From a virus (Duplodnaviria; Caudoviricetes), in the IMG/VR virus record IMGVR_UViG_3300015050_001523, positions 64,001 through 128,000 of that record: a stretch of DNA of 64,000 bases; one strand, given 5' to 3'. This document shows positions 47,031 to 55,830 of this stretch, one piece after another. A model generated the notes under the pieces. It had not been told where the DNA came from. It did no database searches and saw only the letters and a program-made list of their open reading frames with translations. A program made the position numbers and the translations under genes. Numbering within the stretch: the stretch's first letter is position 1; every line of letters starts with the position of its first letter.

Positions 47031-47357
47031 TTAAACCCAATAAATCCCTTTCTCTTTATCAAAGTCATTTTTAATTCGAGGATCTGCAACCCAGCTAAGC
47101 ATTTCGAATATAGCACCATTTTGAATGTCCCATTCAAGACAATAAAATAATATGGGTCCACTTGACCATGGAGCTATTTGCAATTTTTCACGGATTACTC
47201 CGCGCTCAGGATGCTTCCATTTTCGTAATGGAGTCTTCTCTTCATACATTTCTAAAAATGTAGAAATAGTAGAGGTATCTGATGGCAAAGGCTCCAAATC
47301 TTTTACAAAATCTAATGCACTTTGAGTAAGGCCAACTATTTGAATTGAGCGTGACAT
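47031..47357 (-). CDS. hypothetical protein
   Basis: Tiling ORF; APWSSGP. Confidence 0.65.
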   Translation of the reverse strand: MSRSIQIVGLTQSALDFVKDLEPLPSDTSTISTFLEMYEEKTPLRKWKHPERGVIREKLQIAPWSSGPILFYCLEWDIQNGAIFEMLSWVADPRIKNDFDKEKGIYWV

Positions 47358-47527
47358 AATTTTATCCTTAATTGTTTTAATTCAAAAGAAAAGGGAGCCC
47401 AATATCAGAAATTGATTGGAGCCGAAAGATGCCAGAATCATTAGCAACAAAAATTAATTTTTGTTTGACTGCTCTTTTTGGAGGAGTTCCGTCCATCGTA
47501 GAAAGGTGAATTGTTCGAATAATTTCT

Positions 47528-47866
47528 TTAGTTATCATAAATATTGCAGGAGAATTTCTCATTTGATGCTGAGAAATCATGATTATTATAATCAGCTTGG
47601 GATGGGTCAGAACACCAAGCAGATAAAATCCATTCTTCTCCGTCAAAAAATTTTTCTATAAGTTGATATTGACAAACTCGAACATCTTCTTCATTTAGAT
47701 CGGTAGGAGGATCTAGATAATAATGGAAAGAGCCATCTTTAAAGACTCCTTTTATAATATCAAAAGAACCTCTCTCCCAATTGAATTCAGTTGAGAATAG
47801 ATTATAAACTTCTTCAATTTGAAGCAGATCAAAAAAAACGTCAAGGGACCAAAATTCCATAATCAT
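47528..47866 (-). CDS. hypothetical acidic protein
   Basis: Tiling ORF. Confidence 0.6.
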   Translation of the reverse strand: MIMEFWSLDVFFDLLQIEEVYNLFSTEFNWERGSFDIIKGVFKDGSFHYYLDPPTDLNEEDVRVCQYQLIEKFFDGEEWILSAWCSDPSQADYNNHDFSASNEKFSCNIYDN

Positions 47867-47948
47867 ATTATTTTATTTCCTTTTATTGCTCGGGATCCAA
47901 GCCATCCACCATAGAAAGAGAAAAGAACCAGCCAAATTTCATTATTTA

Positions 47949-48317
47949 TCATGGATTTTTAATTAGTCGAGCAACAGCCCATCCATCCATTTCGGTTTCT
48001 CCGTCATCTTCTTCAGGAAAATAATTGGACACAATTGCAACATAAATTCCTGGATGGCTAAGAATATGATCTTCGAGATAGCCACCAATAAATTCTGAAT
48101 TGTGCATAATGGGTCCCATATATCGGCCGCTAGGTCCGCTTCCAGCTTGGCTAGAAAACCCAGATAGAAGTTCCCACTCAGAGGAGTCTAGCTTCCCTTC
48201 CCACAATTCAGGAGCTGAAATTGAGTTTGGTCCGTCCGTAACAGAACCGTCCTCATGAACCGTTACAATATGATCAAAGTCCATAATGCTGCTCAGGGAT
48301 TTTTGATTGGTGCTCAT
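47949..48317 (-). CDS. hypothetical protein (leaderless)
   Basis: ATG 7 nt after TTGCTC-17-TATCCT (48324-48352). Confidence 0.7.
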   Translation of the reverse strand: MSTNQKSLSSIMDFDHIVTVHEDGSVTDGPNSISAPELWEGKLDSSEWELLSGFSSQAGSGPSGRYMGPIMHNSEFIGGYLEDHILSHPGIYVAIVSNYFPEEDDGETEMDGWAVARLIKNP

Positions 48318-48357
48318 AAGAAGAGGATAGCATGAGACGAATAGAGGAGCAAGAATT

Positions 48358-48777
48358 TTAAATGGCTTCTAGATTACAATATTGAAACCATAAAGTTCCA
48401 AATTTTGGATGTTTTGTTTTGACATATTGTCCTGGAGCTACGATTTCTTTACTATTATAAAATTGAATTGTTTCTTTCGCCTTAATAATAGATTTACAAC
48501 CTGACAAATTTCCACACTGGCAACCGATTAATTCACAATTAATTAAAGACATATAAGAAAATACATAAAGTCGTTTCTTTTTTTGGTTAAATTTAATTGA
48601 TTTAGATTTTTTGTAAGGCTTCCTAAAAAGATGCCGAAAGGGAAAATGTTGGCATCTAATTGTTCCAAATAATTTTAATTTATTTTGTTCGGATAAAGAT
48701 AATTTAATGAAAGCAAATTTTTTTATAGCTGGTCGTGAATCAAACTTTATCAAACATTTTTCATTTATAGGATTCAT
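48358..48777 (-). CDS. basic hypothetical protein
   Basis: Tiling ORF. Confidence 0.55.
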   Translation of the reverse strand: MNPINEKCLIKFDSRPAIKKFAFIKLSLSEQNKLKLFGTIRCQHFPFRHLFRKPYKKSKSIKFNQKKKRLYVFSYMSLINCELIGCQCGNLSGCKSIIKAKETIQFYNSKEIVAPGQYVKTKHPKFGTLWFQYCNLEAI

Positions 48778-49370
48778 GCTTCTCTTTCAAACATTGTACA
48801 TTGATTATTTGCGTCCAAAAATAATGGCCGAGAATAATTAACAGGTTTTCCTTGATCAGCATGGCATCTAAATTGTCTATCTATTTTGCCATTTACATCT
48901 TCAGACCATTTAGCGAATCGACATAATTTTCCACATGGAGTTTTGTTTGGCGGCGGAATTTGTTTCCCTGGCAATCTTATTTGTGCCAAAACTGCACCAT
49001 TTTTATCAACAATTTCTGCCATTACTTTTTCAAGTTTTTTCTCTCTTTCTTTAGATAGGGAAAGTTCTTCATTTGCTTCTTTAAGCTTTTTTGTTGATAA
49101 TTCGATGGTGCTTCTAAGAGAATTTAATTCTTCATTTGCATTTGTTATTTTTTGCTGAACTTCTGAATCAAGCCTGGCGCCAGGCAAAGCTAATTGGCCG
49201 CGAATATTTCCATCATCATCAAGAACCTCGACAAGAGTTTCTTCTAGCATCAACCTTTTATTTTTTTCTTCTTCAAGAAAATTAATTAATGTTTTGTTTC
49301 TCTTTGCGATATAGAAAAAAGGAATTCCAAAAACAGGAATTAAAATTATTGTAAAAATGAAATATCCCAT
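48774..49370 (-). CDS. membrane-anchored coiled-coil protein with Cys-rich tail
   Basis: N-terminal TM, heptads, C..C..C..C. Confidence 0.7.
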   Translation of the reverse strand: MGYFIFTIILIPVFGIPFFYIAKRNKTLINFLEEEKNKRLMLEETLVEVLDDDGNIRGQLALPGARLDSEVQQKITNANEELNSLRSTIELSTKKLKEANEELSLSKEREKKLEKVMAEIVDKNGAVLAQIRLPGKQIPPPNKTPCGKLCRFAKWSEDVNGKIDRQFRCHADQGKPVNYSRPLFLDANNQCTMFEREA

Positions 49371-49371
49371 T

Positions 49372-49764
49372 TTAAAAATTGATCATTGCGTATAGATATA
49401 GTTTTCCAAATAGCCAAGCAATTGTTGGAAAAATCATATAATATGAAACAAAGTGAATAAAGGTTTGTTTCATATTGGCTTTATCTTGCTTTTGCTTTTT
49501 CTCTAGATCGTCCTGGTCCTGATTTATTTCACTCTTGTCGAGTTGAAGCCAAATAATAACAGAAGAGGATCCGCTAAGCCAACTACAAATCGACCACAAC
49601 GCAACAGCGTGCCAAATCCCAATCGGAATGACACCAAGAGGGACCACAAACCATCCCCATAGCTGAGTCAAGACCCAGCCACTCCAAACTATGGCTGGAA
49701 AAAATAGTAAGAATTGAGCGAGGGAGAACCCCCAATGATTTTTATAATTTTTTTTGTGATTCAT
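49372..49764 (-). CDS. membrane protein
   Basis: Several Trp-rich TM segments. Confidence 0.7.
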   Translation of the reverse strand: MNHKKNYKNHWGFSLAQFLLFFPAIVWSGWVLTQLWGWFVVPLGVIPIGIWHAVALWSICSWLSGSSSVIIWLQLDKSEINQDQDDLEKKQKQDKANMKQTFIHFVSYYMIFPTIAWLFGKLYLYAMINF

Positions 49765-49790
49765 TTTGATTCTTTCTGACTTTATGGTTT

Positions 49791-50480
49791 TTATTCATTT
49801 TCTTTTAAATCGCTTTCAAGCCAAATTGTGGTAACCATGCAGTCTTTTGAAAGCATCATTGGATTACCATCAATATCATGTGCGTGAATTATTCCATCTT
49901 TAATATAACCAGGGCTTGATATCCATGGCTCACGACTTGGACATTCAATTGACCATCTCTTTTCTGGGTCTGAGCTGGAAACTACTACCTCAAGAAGATA
50001 TACCATTCCTAAAAATCCCGAAATAAGTAGAATGAGAATCCCAAATGGAATAATTAGGTCGGACCAGTTATCCAACACGTTCAATAAATGCCTGAATGAA
50101 AATTTCAGTTTTGCACTAACCTTTTCAAATCGAGTTGAAGGGCCAGTAACTGGAGGAATTCGATATGGATTATTCATTTGTTTAATTTCTTTCCAATACT
50201 CTTGTTCTGAAAATTCTTTTCCTTCTATATAAAATAAGGTATATCCATCAAAATATGAGAATGCCGGGCCGTCAAGCTTATGAAGTTCTCCATTTTTATA
50301 CCAAAATTTTGATCCATTTGCAAATTCAACAGCAGGACCATCTTCTCGGTGAAGCTTTCCTTCAACCCACCATTCTTTGGTTCCATTTATCCATTCAACA
50401 ACATGGCCGTTTTCTTGTTTATATGTTTTATTTATCTCAGGAAACATGGCTGCCCATTGCCGCCATCTTGTCAAAAACAA
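49791..50480 (-). CDS. HREDGPA-repeat family protein, copy 14, fused to TM and extra domain (start probably MFPE)
   Basis: HREDGPA/HKLDGPA, EFSEQEYWKEIK, then TM. Confidence 0.75.
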   Translation of the reverse strand: MFLTRWRQWAAMFPEINKTYKQENGHVVEWINGTKEWWVEGKLHREDGPAVEFANGSKFWYKNGELHKLDGPAFSYFDGYTLFYIEGKEFSEQEYWKEIKQMNNPYRIPPVTGPSTRFEKVSAKLKFSFRHLLNVLDNWSDLIIPFGILILLISGFLGMVYLLEVVVSSSDPEKRWSIECPSREPWISSPGYIKDGIIHAHDIDGNPMMLSKDCMVTTIWLESDLKENE

Positions 50481-50494
50481 GGCTTGGATCCAAA

Positions 50495-51021
50495 TCCCTG
50501 ATTATTTCTACATCGTCAAGAAACATTTTAATTTTTTCGCCTGATTTTTTGTTTTGTGCTCAACTTATTCAGACTTCACGGCAATGTTTCGAAATGAATA
50601 AATTTAATTCTCGCGTTCCAATTGGCTCAAGGTTATTTTGAGTTATAAACTTTTGAACTCGAACCCAAACATTTGCATAAGGTAGAAGCGCGAATCCATT
50701 ATGGAAAGCTTTCATTGTTGAAATGATGACAAATTCTTCATTTTTAATTTGAAGCTCAAGAACAGGAGACGCTGATGCTCCAAGCTTTTTATAAATTTCA
50801 GGCTCTAGAAAAAAGAAAATATTGTGATAAATTTCTTGGCGAGAACTTCGTGAATCTAAACGAACTTCATCATATTCACAAAGAGCGCTAAAATCAAAGG
50901 TTGAAACAGTAAATTTATTTTTCATGATTGTATAGCCTTTATGGACAACAGTCTGGATTCATACAGTGTGCGTCCCTGATTATTTCTACATCGTCAAGAA
51001 ACATTTTAATTTTTTCGCCTG
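50495..51021. repeat. 49-bp perfect direct repeat (50495-50543 and 50973-51021)
   Basis: TCCCTGATTATTTCTACATCGTCAAGAAACATTTTAATTTTTTCGCCTG occurs twice. Confidence 0.92.
50569..50925 (-). CDS. hypothetical protein between the 49-bp repeats
   Basis: Tiling ORF. Confidence 0.65.
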   Translation of the reverse strand: MKNKFTVSTFDFSALCEYDEVRLDSRSSRQEIYHNIFFFLEPEIYKKLGASASPVLELQIKNEEFVIISTMKAFHNGFALLPYANVWVRVQKFITQNNLEPIGTRELNLFISKHCREV

Positions 51022-51160
51022 GACACCAATCACTTTCATAAAGCAACCCCATCAAAATTAGTTCGACAAACTCCAAATCTAAGTTAGCCGGAACATTGAT
51101 TGTATACTCATGTTCATTGGCATTATAAAAATAAATGACTTTTGCAATTTTGGTTTCCAT
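50939..51160 (-). CDS. hypothetical protein
   Basis: Contains one repeat copy. Confidence 0.6.
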   Translation of the reverse strand: METKIAKVIYFYNANEHEYTINVPANLDLEFVELILMGLLYESDWCPGEKIKMFLDDVEIIRDAHCMNPDCCP

Positions 51161-51206
51161 TTTTATTTCCTTTTTTTGAAATAATTTATTTGATGTTAAA
51201 AATTTT

Positions 51207-51280
51207 TGCGTCCGATAGGAATTGAACCTATAACCTATGGCTTAGAAGGCCATTGCTCTATCCTGTTGAGCTACGAACGC
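51207..51280 (-). tRNA. tRNA-Arg(UCU)
   Basis: ATGGC-CTTCTAA-GCCAT, canonical cloverleaf. Confidence 0.92.
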
Positions 51281-51284
51281 ATAT

Positions 51285-51378
51285 TTAAGTGATAACTGAA
51301 AATATGAAAAGCGAAAAACCAAGAACAAGAAACGCAAGTGAAACCATTTTCACAAGAGTTTATTCAGTTATCACTTAA
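51285..51378 (-). ncRNA. stem-closed U-rich RNA element E2
   Basis: 16-bp terminal inverted repeat, GTGAAA-ATGG-TTTCAC hairpin, U-rich tract; fills the gap between two tRNAs. Confidence 0.6.
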
Positions 51379-51451
51379 TGCACCTAGATGGACTTGAACC
51401 ATCAACTTCCATTTTATAAGAATGGCACTCTAACCATTGAGTTATAGGTGC
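51379..51451 (-). tRNA. tRNA-Ile(UAU), second copy
   Basis: CCATT-CTTATAA-AATGG. Confidence 0.9.
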
Positions 51452-51678
51452 AGAAAAAATCTAGCCCGACCCCTGTTTACCATTACATTTCAATGGACCA
51501 AACCATTTGGTATGGGTAGAGTATCGAGATAGAAATAAGCCTCCCAGATTCCGTGGACCAACAATATCTTGCTCAAGGATATTGATTTATTTAATCGACG
51601 AGTCTGCCCCAAACATTTTCAATCAAAAACCAATTCGAAAACCCTTGGGGATTTTGGCTGCCAAGCTTCCCTGGCATC
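51452..51678 (-). ncRNA. 227-nt structured leader / candidate ncRNA
   Basis: Lies between promoter TTGACC-16-TATCCT (51685-51712) and tRNA-Ile; several hairpins. Confidence 0.45.
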
Positions 51679-51780
51679 TCTTGAAGGATAGCATCTTCTG
51701 GCGAAGGGTCAAGGCTATCTTTCATCCTTTTTTTGGGCTGTTCTATCTAAACAATAAATGCAAATCTTATATCATAAGAT

Positions 51781-52221
51781 ATGGGTTATATAGATATTGA
51801 TTATAGATCATTAAAAATATTAGAAGAAGATATAAAATGTATTTTGAAATCTCCAATGGTTTATTCTGAAAACATTTATTCATTCGAAGTCATGTTAGAT
51901 TTATTTTTAAAAAGTTATTTAAAAATAAAAGGATATGATGAGGATTATAGAAAAAAAATTCTCAAAAAATCTAGAGAAAAAATACATAAAAAATACTCAT
52001 TTAAATACCCGGCAGGTGGTGTACTGAAATATTATCTTTATTGCAGTATGCCTAAAAAATATTTAACACCTTACTGGGATGACATTAAATGGGAAATGCT
52101 GCAAGAAATATTTGATATATATGATGAGTTTGTAAGAGAAGTTTTAGAATATCCTCTTCCAATTAAAACAATTTTTGAAAAAATATTGTCAGAAAATCAC
52201 TATAACCCATATTATGATTAA
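51781..52221 (+). CDS. hypothetical protein
   Basis: Isolated plus-strand ORF followed by a hairpin. Confidence 0.6.
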   Translation: MGYIDIDYRSLKILEEDIKCILKSPMVYSENIYSFEVMLDLFLKSYLKIKGYDEDYRKKILKKSREKIHKKYSFKYPAGGVLKYYLYCSMPKKYLTPYWDDIKWEMLQEIFDIYDEFVREVLEYPLPIKTIFEKILSENHYNPYYD

Positions 52222-52282
52222 TTTCAAATTTATTGGCCCATCCTTTGCATGGGCACTTATTGTTAATTAATAACCATATTAA

Positions 52283-52312
52283 AAAAAGAAATACAATATT
52301 GTATTTCTTTTT
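52283..52312 (-). terminator. intrinsic terminator-like hairpin
   Basis: AAAAAGAAATACAA/TTGTATTTCTTTTT at a convergent junction. Confidence 0.6.
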
Positions 52313-52321
52313 GAAAATTGC

Positions 52322-52582
52322 TTAGTCTACGTCACAATCTCTTGTAATTGCATTAAGCAAATCTTGCACATCACTTAATTCATTAATTTGGCCAGATTCT
52401 TCTCCTCCGTAGCGATAAGCAATGCGCCATGCCCAACCCTCATTTTCGCAGTCCTGGTTATTCCCAGAAAACTCGGGCATGAGGAACATGCTCTTCACTA
52501 ATAATAAGACAAGTGCCGCTATCATAACGCCAATTAATATCATTAGTAGATAATTCAGCGGCAATAAGATTAAGATCATCAA
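52322..52582 (-). CDS. membrane-anchored hypothetical protein
   Basis: Hydrophobic N-terminus; start uncertain. Confidence 0.45.
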   Translation of the reverse strand: MMILILLPLNYLLMILIGVMIAALVLLLVKSMFLMPEFSGNNQDCENEGWAWRIAYRYGGEESGQINELSDVQDLLNAITRDCDVD

Positions 52583-52614
52583 TTTGTAGACTTGTTGACA
52601 TAATATATTTCCAA

Positions 52615-53130
52615 TTAAATCTTATTAAGTTTGTGTTTTTTTAAAGACCAAGACTTTGTTGATAAATCAAAACGAGGATCTTTAAGATCAAAATCTTGAA
52701 TATTGACAAATCCTCCAATTCCTTCAACTTCTCCCCCAAGAATCGGGCAAAAAGCAAATAAATCTTTTTCAATAAAAACTTGGTTCAAACTTTTTTGAAT
52801 TAGCTCATATTCAATTGAGGATAATTCATTATTCTCATTCATTTTTGCTGCAATGGCTTTTGCATCTTCAACTGTGGGGCATTTATCAAAATGCATGGCA
52901 ATGGGTTTTTCAACCAAATCATCAGGATTTTTGTCGAGATCAAGAATTGGGATTTTCAACTCAAAAATATAATCATTTTTTTCATTATTGCGGCATGAAT
53001 AAACGCCAGCTCTAAAACCCTTTTTTAGAGCCAAATAATGATCTGGCTCATAACCACAATAAGTTGATTTGAGGTCTGGTGCGAAAGAATGTATCCATTT
53101 TTTGAACAAGTATGTCCAAGAAGTATTCAT
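52615..53130 (-). CDS. hypothetical protein
   Basis: Tiling ORF. Confidence 0.6.
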   Translation of the reverse strand: MNTSWTYLFKKWIHSFAPDLKSTYCGYEPDHYLALKKGFRAGVYSCRNNEKNDYIFELKIPILDLDKNPDDLVEKPIAMHFDKCPTVEDAKAIAAKMNENNELSSIEYELIQKSLNQVFIEKDLFAFCPILGGEVEGIGGFVNIQDFDLKDPRFDLSTKSWSLKKHKLNKI

Positions 53131-53262
53131 TGATTAAGCCAATCCCAACAATAAGATCCATCTTCTGCACGATAATAAAAAACCCAACGTCCACGGATTC
53201 GTCCAATATCATCTATAGTGGCAGAACCGATTTTTGTTCCAATCAGTTTATTTCTCATAATT

Positions 53263-53769
53263 TTATGTAAGGTATTGTTTAATTTCATTTTTTATAACCT
53301 CTGCTACTATTTGCTCTGGATCAATTCCAAGTTCGTCCCAAATCACATCGATGATTGTATTCTGTAAAACTTCATTACAATATTTCGTCGGACCTGGTGG
53401 TCCACTGAGTATTGCAGCCACTCGCTGCTGTACCCAACGCTGAAGACTCTGCCACTCCTGAAGATTGAGCTGGTCGTGTTCAGGCTCGATTCCTTGCAAC
53501 CGCTGCGCAAGCTCTCGCGCTGATTCAGTAGTCAAATTTTGGCGCAGAATCTCTGCCCATCCTCGATATTCTTCTGCATGAGCAAGCTCATATGTGGCTC
53601 GCTTACGATGTGATCTCTCGTTATTTTCAACCAGTTCAAGCATATATTCACGAGATCCAGAAGCGATTCCATCGCACCACTCATCTTCGATATAAATTTC
53701 AATTATAAAATGATCTGCACTTGATTGAACAAGTCTGCAATCACCATGCTTTGGACTTGGACTATTCAT
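53263..53769 (-). CDS. hypothetical protein
   Basis: Tiling ORF, GC-richer core. Confidence 0.6.
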   Translation of the reverse strand: MNSPSPKHGDCRLVQSSADHFIIEIYIEDEWCDGIASGSREYMLELVENNERSHRKRATYELAHAEEYRGWAEILRQNLTTESARELAQRLQGIEPEHDQLNLQEWQSLQRWVQQRVAAILSGPPGPTKYCNEVLQNTIIDVIWDELGIDPEQIVAEVIKNEIKQYLT

Positions 53770-53995
53770 CAGATTTCCCGCGAATAAAATTTTCTAAATT
53801 TAGTGTAGGGATTCCTAGTGGACCATCTGTCTCAGTGAATAATTCAATACTGCTTCCATCAGTAAAATTAATTACCCACATATTGATACAAGTAGTATCA
53901 ATTGACTGAATTGTTTTTCCATAAATGTGATTTTTATTTTTTGCCTTATTTAACATATTTAATCCTTTATTTTCTAGCTCTTCATCGCCACCCAA
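53762..53995 (-). CDS. hypothetical protein
   Basis: Tiling ORF; start probably MLNKAK. Confidence 0.55.
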   Translation of the reverse strand: MGGDEELENKGLNMLNKAKNKNHIYGKTIQSIDTTCINMWVINFTDGSSIELFTETDGPLGIPTLNLENFIRGKSDE

Positions 53996-54303
53996 CGTCG
54001 CGGCATCATTTTGCCCCTATAACGTGAAAATTGACGGTTACGGGTTCCTTCGCTTATTTGCAGACTGCCGATGCCGCTCATATCGACTCGACGCGAAGCA
54101 ATTGCAGTAAGCGCCATGGCTACCCTCACAAATTCCCATCGTCCGCGTGGCGTGGGTCCAAGTCGGCGATGTATTTCAGCAGCGGTTGTAGACCCATATG
54201 ATTTTGTTAGCTCAAGCGCTGCTGCGAATACCTGGCATTCAACGCGATCATCAAAATCCCCATGCATTTCAACGGGTCGTTTTTTTGGTAGTTGTTCTTC
54301 CAT
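53974..54303 (-). CDS. hypothetical protein (GC-rich)
   Basis: Tiling ORF. Confidence 0.55.
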   Translation of the reverse strand: MEEQLPKKRPVEMHGDFDDRVECQVFAAALELTKSYGSTTAAEIHRRLGPTPRGRWEFVRVAMALTAIASRRVDMSGIGSLQISEGTRNRQFSRYRGKMMPRRWVAMKS

Positions 54304-54314
54304 TTTTTTATCTA

Positions 54315-54605
54315 CTAATATCGAATAAAAAATTCTGAAAAATCATCGATTGAAAGATTTCGAATATCTGACATATTAGGCCGAGCACATGTCATATTGG
54401 TTTTGGCAGCCTTAATATATCCGGCAGTTTCGCTGGGAGTTTGACACTCAGAATCGCTCCCAAATCGAACCCACCGAGCCCAACCAGACTTGGCCTCAGA
54501 AATTTCAAAGCCATGACGATGCATTAGCGGAAATTCCTTCGCTTCGCAAGTGAGAACTTCATTAAGGGAAAGAACTTGAGCAGAATATGAAACATTGTTA
54601 ATCAT
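54315..54605 (-). CDS. hypothetical protein
   Basis: Tiling ORF. Confidence 0.55.
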   Translation of the reverse strand: MINNVSYSAQVLSLNEVLTCEAKEFPLMHRHGFEISEAKSGWARWVRFGSDSECQTPSETAGYIKAAKTNMTCARPNMSDIRNLSIDDFSEFFIRY

Positions 54606-54652
54606 TGAACTAATCTCCTAAAATTAACTAATCATATATTTAGAGTTTATTG

Positions 54653-54958
54653 TCAATCAATTTCCCAAATTTTGGATCGGCTTTTAAGGGCTTGCAATTT
54701 TTGATTCAGCAATTCCGAATGAAGCTCGGAAGCAGCCCAACGCAAGGTCCGAGCACGCTCCCTCATTTCGGCTTCATACACCCCGCGCTTATAGCCAGAC
54801 GGGCGATCATTCGTCAAAGTTTTCTCTTGGCTTTCAAGGCGATCAGCTTCTGCGCGCCACCTAACAACAAGATCTTCGATTTTGGAATTCATTGTCCTGA
54901 ATCTTTCTTTCTTTTTTATTTGTTGAAATCCATGGCCCCGCTTTTGGAGCCTCTGCAC
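54653..54958 (-). CDS. coiled-coil hypothetical protein (true start MNSKIE ~54890)
   Basis: Longest ORF overlaps the tRNA, so the start is downstream. Confidence 0.55.
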   Translation of the reverse strand: MQRLQKRGHGFQQIKKKERFRTMNSKIEDLVVRWRAEADRLESQEKTLTNDRPSGYKRGVYEAEMRERARTLRWAASELHSELLNQKLQALKSRSKIWEID

Positions 54959-55027
54959 CAGATAGGATTCGAACCTATGACCTACGGCTTAGAAGGCCGT
55001 TGCTCTATCCAGCTGAGCTACTGATGC
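54954..55027 (-). tRNA. tRNA-Arg(UCU), second copy
   Basis: ACGGC-CTTCTAA-GCCGT; promoter TTGACT-17-TATACT at 55037-55065. Confidence 0.93.
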
Positions 55028-55084
55028 GTATTCTAAAGTATAAACGAGGCCAAGTGAAAAGTCAAGGGAGAAATCGCATAAATT

Positions 55085-55309
55085 TTATTCGTATGTAGTA
55101 CAAATATGTTTTACATCTTTTCCTGCATAATCTTGATCCCATCGGCAGCCAACTTCTTCATGAGAATCTTTATTGGTTGCATAATACCTTTTTTCCCCCT
55201 TAATCCAATGACCATCTTCCAAAATCATAAAAGTTACCAAATATGAATCTGAGTAAGTGCAACGATCTTTTGTATTTTTTAGTTCTGAGTCAATTTTAAT
55301 CATTAGCAA
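55085..55309 (-). CDS. hypothetical protein
   Basis: Tiling ORF. Confidence 0.55.
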   Translation of the reverse strand: MLMIKIDSELKNTKDRCTYSDSYLVTFMILEDGHWIKGEKRYYATNKDSHEEVGCRWDQDYAGKDVKHICTTYE

Positions 55310-55587
55310 TCTCCTAAATCTACATGAACAAGACCATCTTTAATTTCATGCTCTTCTACGCTTACATCTGGATCATAATTGTATGAATCTTTCATTAATT
55401 CACGAGCAGAAGCCTCAGAAGTAGAGACCACAACAATTGAACCACGCCAACTTAAATTTTGAACATAAATTTTAAGATTCATTTTAATTCTTCTTCTTTT
55501 TGATAGACGAGATAAAAGCGTCAAGAGCAGCAGAATCAAATTCGACAACTTTACATTCTCGAATTTCCTCCCAAGCCGAGACAACAC
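55303..55587 (-). CDS. hypothetical protein (true start MNLKIY ~55482)
   Basis: 5' part overlaps the previous gene. Confidence 0.5.
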   Translation of the reverse strand: MLSRLGRKFENVKLSNLILLLLTLLSRLSKRRRIKMNLKIYVQNLSWRGSIVVVSTSEASARELMKDSYNYDPDVSVEEHEIKDGLVHVDLGDC

Positions 55588-55777
55588 CTTCCATAACTTC
55601 CAGAAAGTCCATCATACTCAGATCGGGAGCGGTTGCAGCTTCAAGAACCAATTCCCTCAAATCTCCAACCTTTCCAATGTCTGAAATCTCATCCAGCTTA
55701 TCCAAGAAATTCGTTCGAAGATCGCAAGATTTTGGGTCGAAATGAGGAGGAGGCAAGGTTCCTGGCAGCAGATTCAT
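55484..55777 (-). CDS. hypothetical protein (leaderless)
   Basis: ATG 7 nt after TTGCCC-16-TATCAT (55784-55811). Confidence 0.7.
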   Translation of the reverse strand: MNLLPGTLPPPHFDPKSCDLRTNFLDKLDEISDIGKVGDLRELVLEAATAPDLSMMDFLEVMEGVVSAWEEIRECKVVEFDSAALDAFISSIKKKKN

Positions 55778-55830
55778 GAAAGAATGATAGCATCAAATGG
55801 TGGGAGGGCAAGAGATTTTGATCTGGATTT

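Noticed and set aside
1379-50480. Diversity-generating retroelement behind the HREDGPA family
   Set aside because: No reverse transcriptase in the window, no non-coding template copy, and the differences are not confined to adenines. An RT elsewhere in the genome cannot be excluded.
1379-50480. Integron cassette array
   Set aside because: No integrase and no attC-like palindromes between the genes.
54910-54953. HDV-like (theta) ribozymes at tRNA 3' ends
   Set aside because: The trailers checked show only a simple hairpin here, or E2/TL elements elsewhere; no nested double pseudoknot was recognised by eye.
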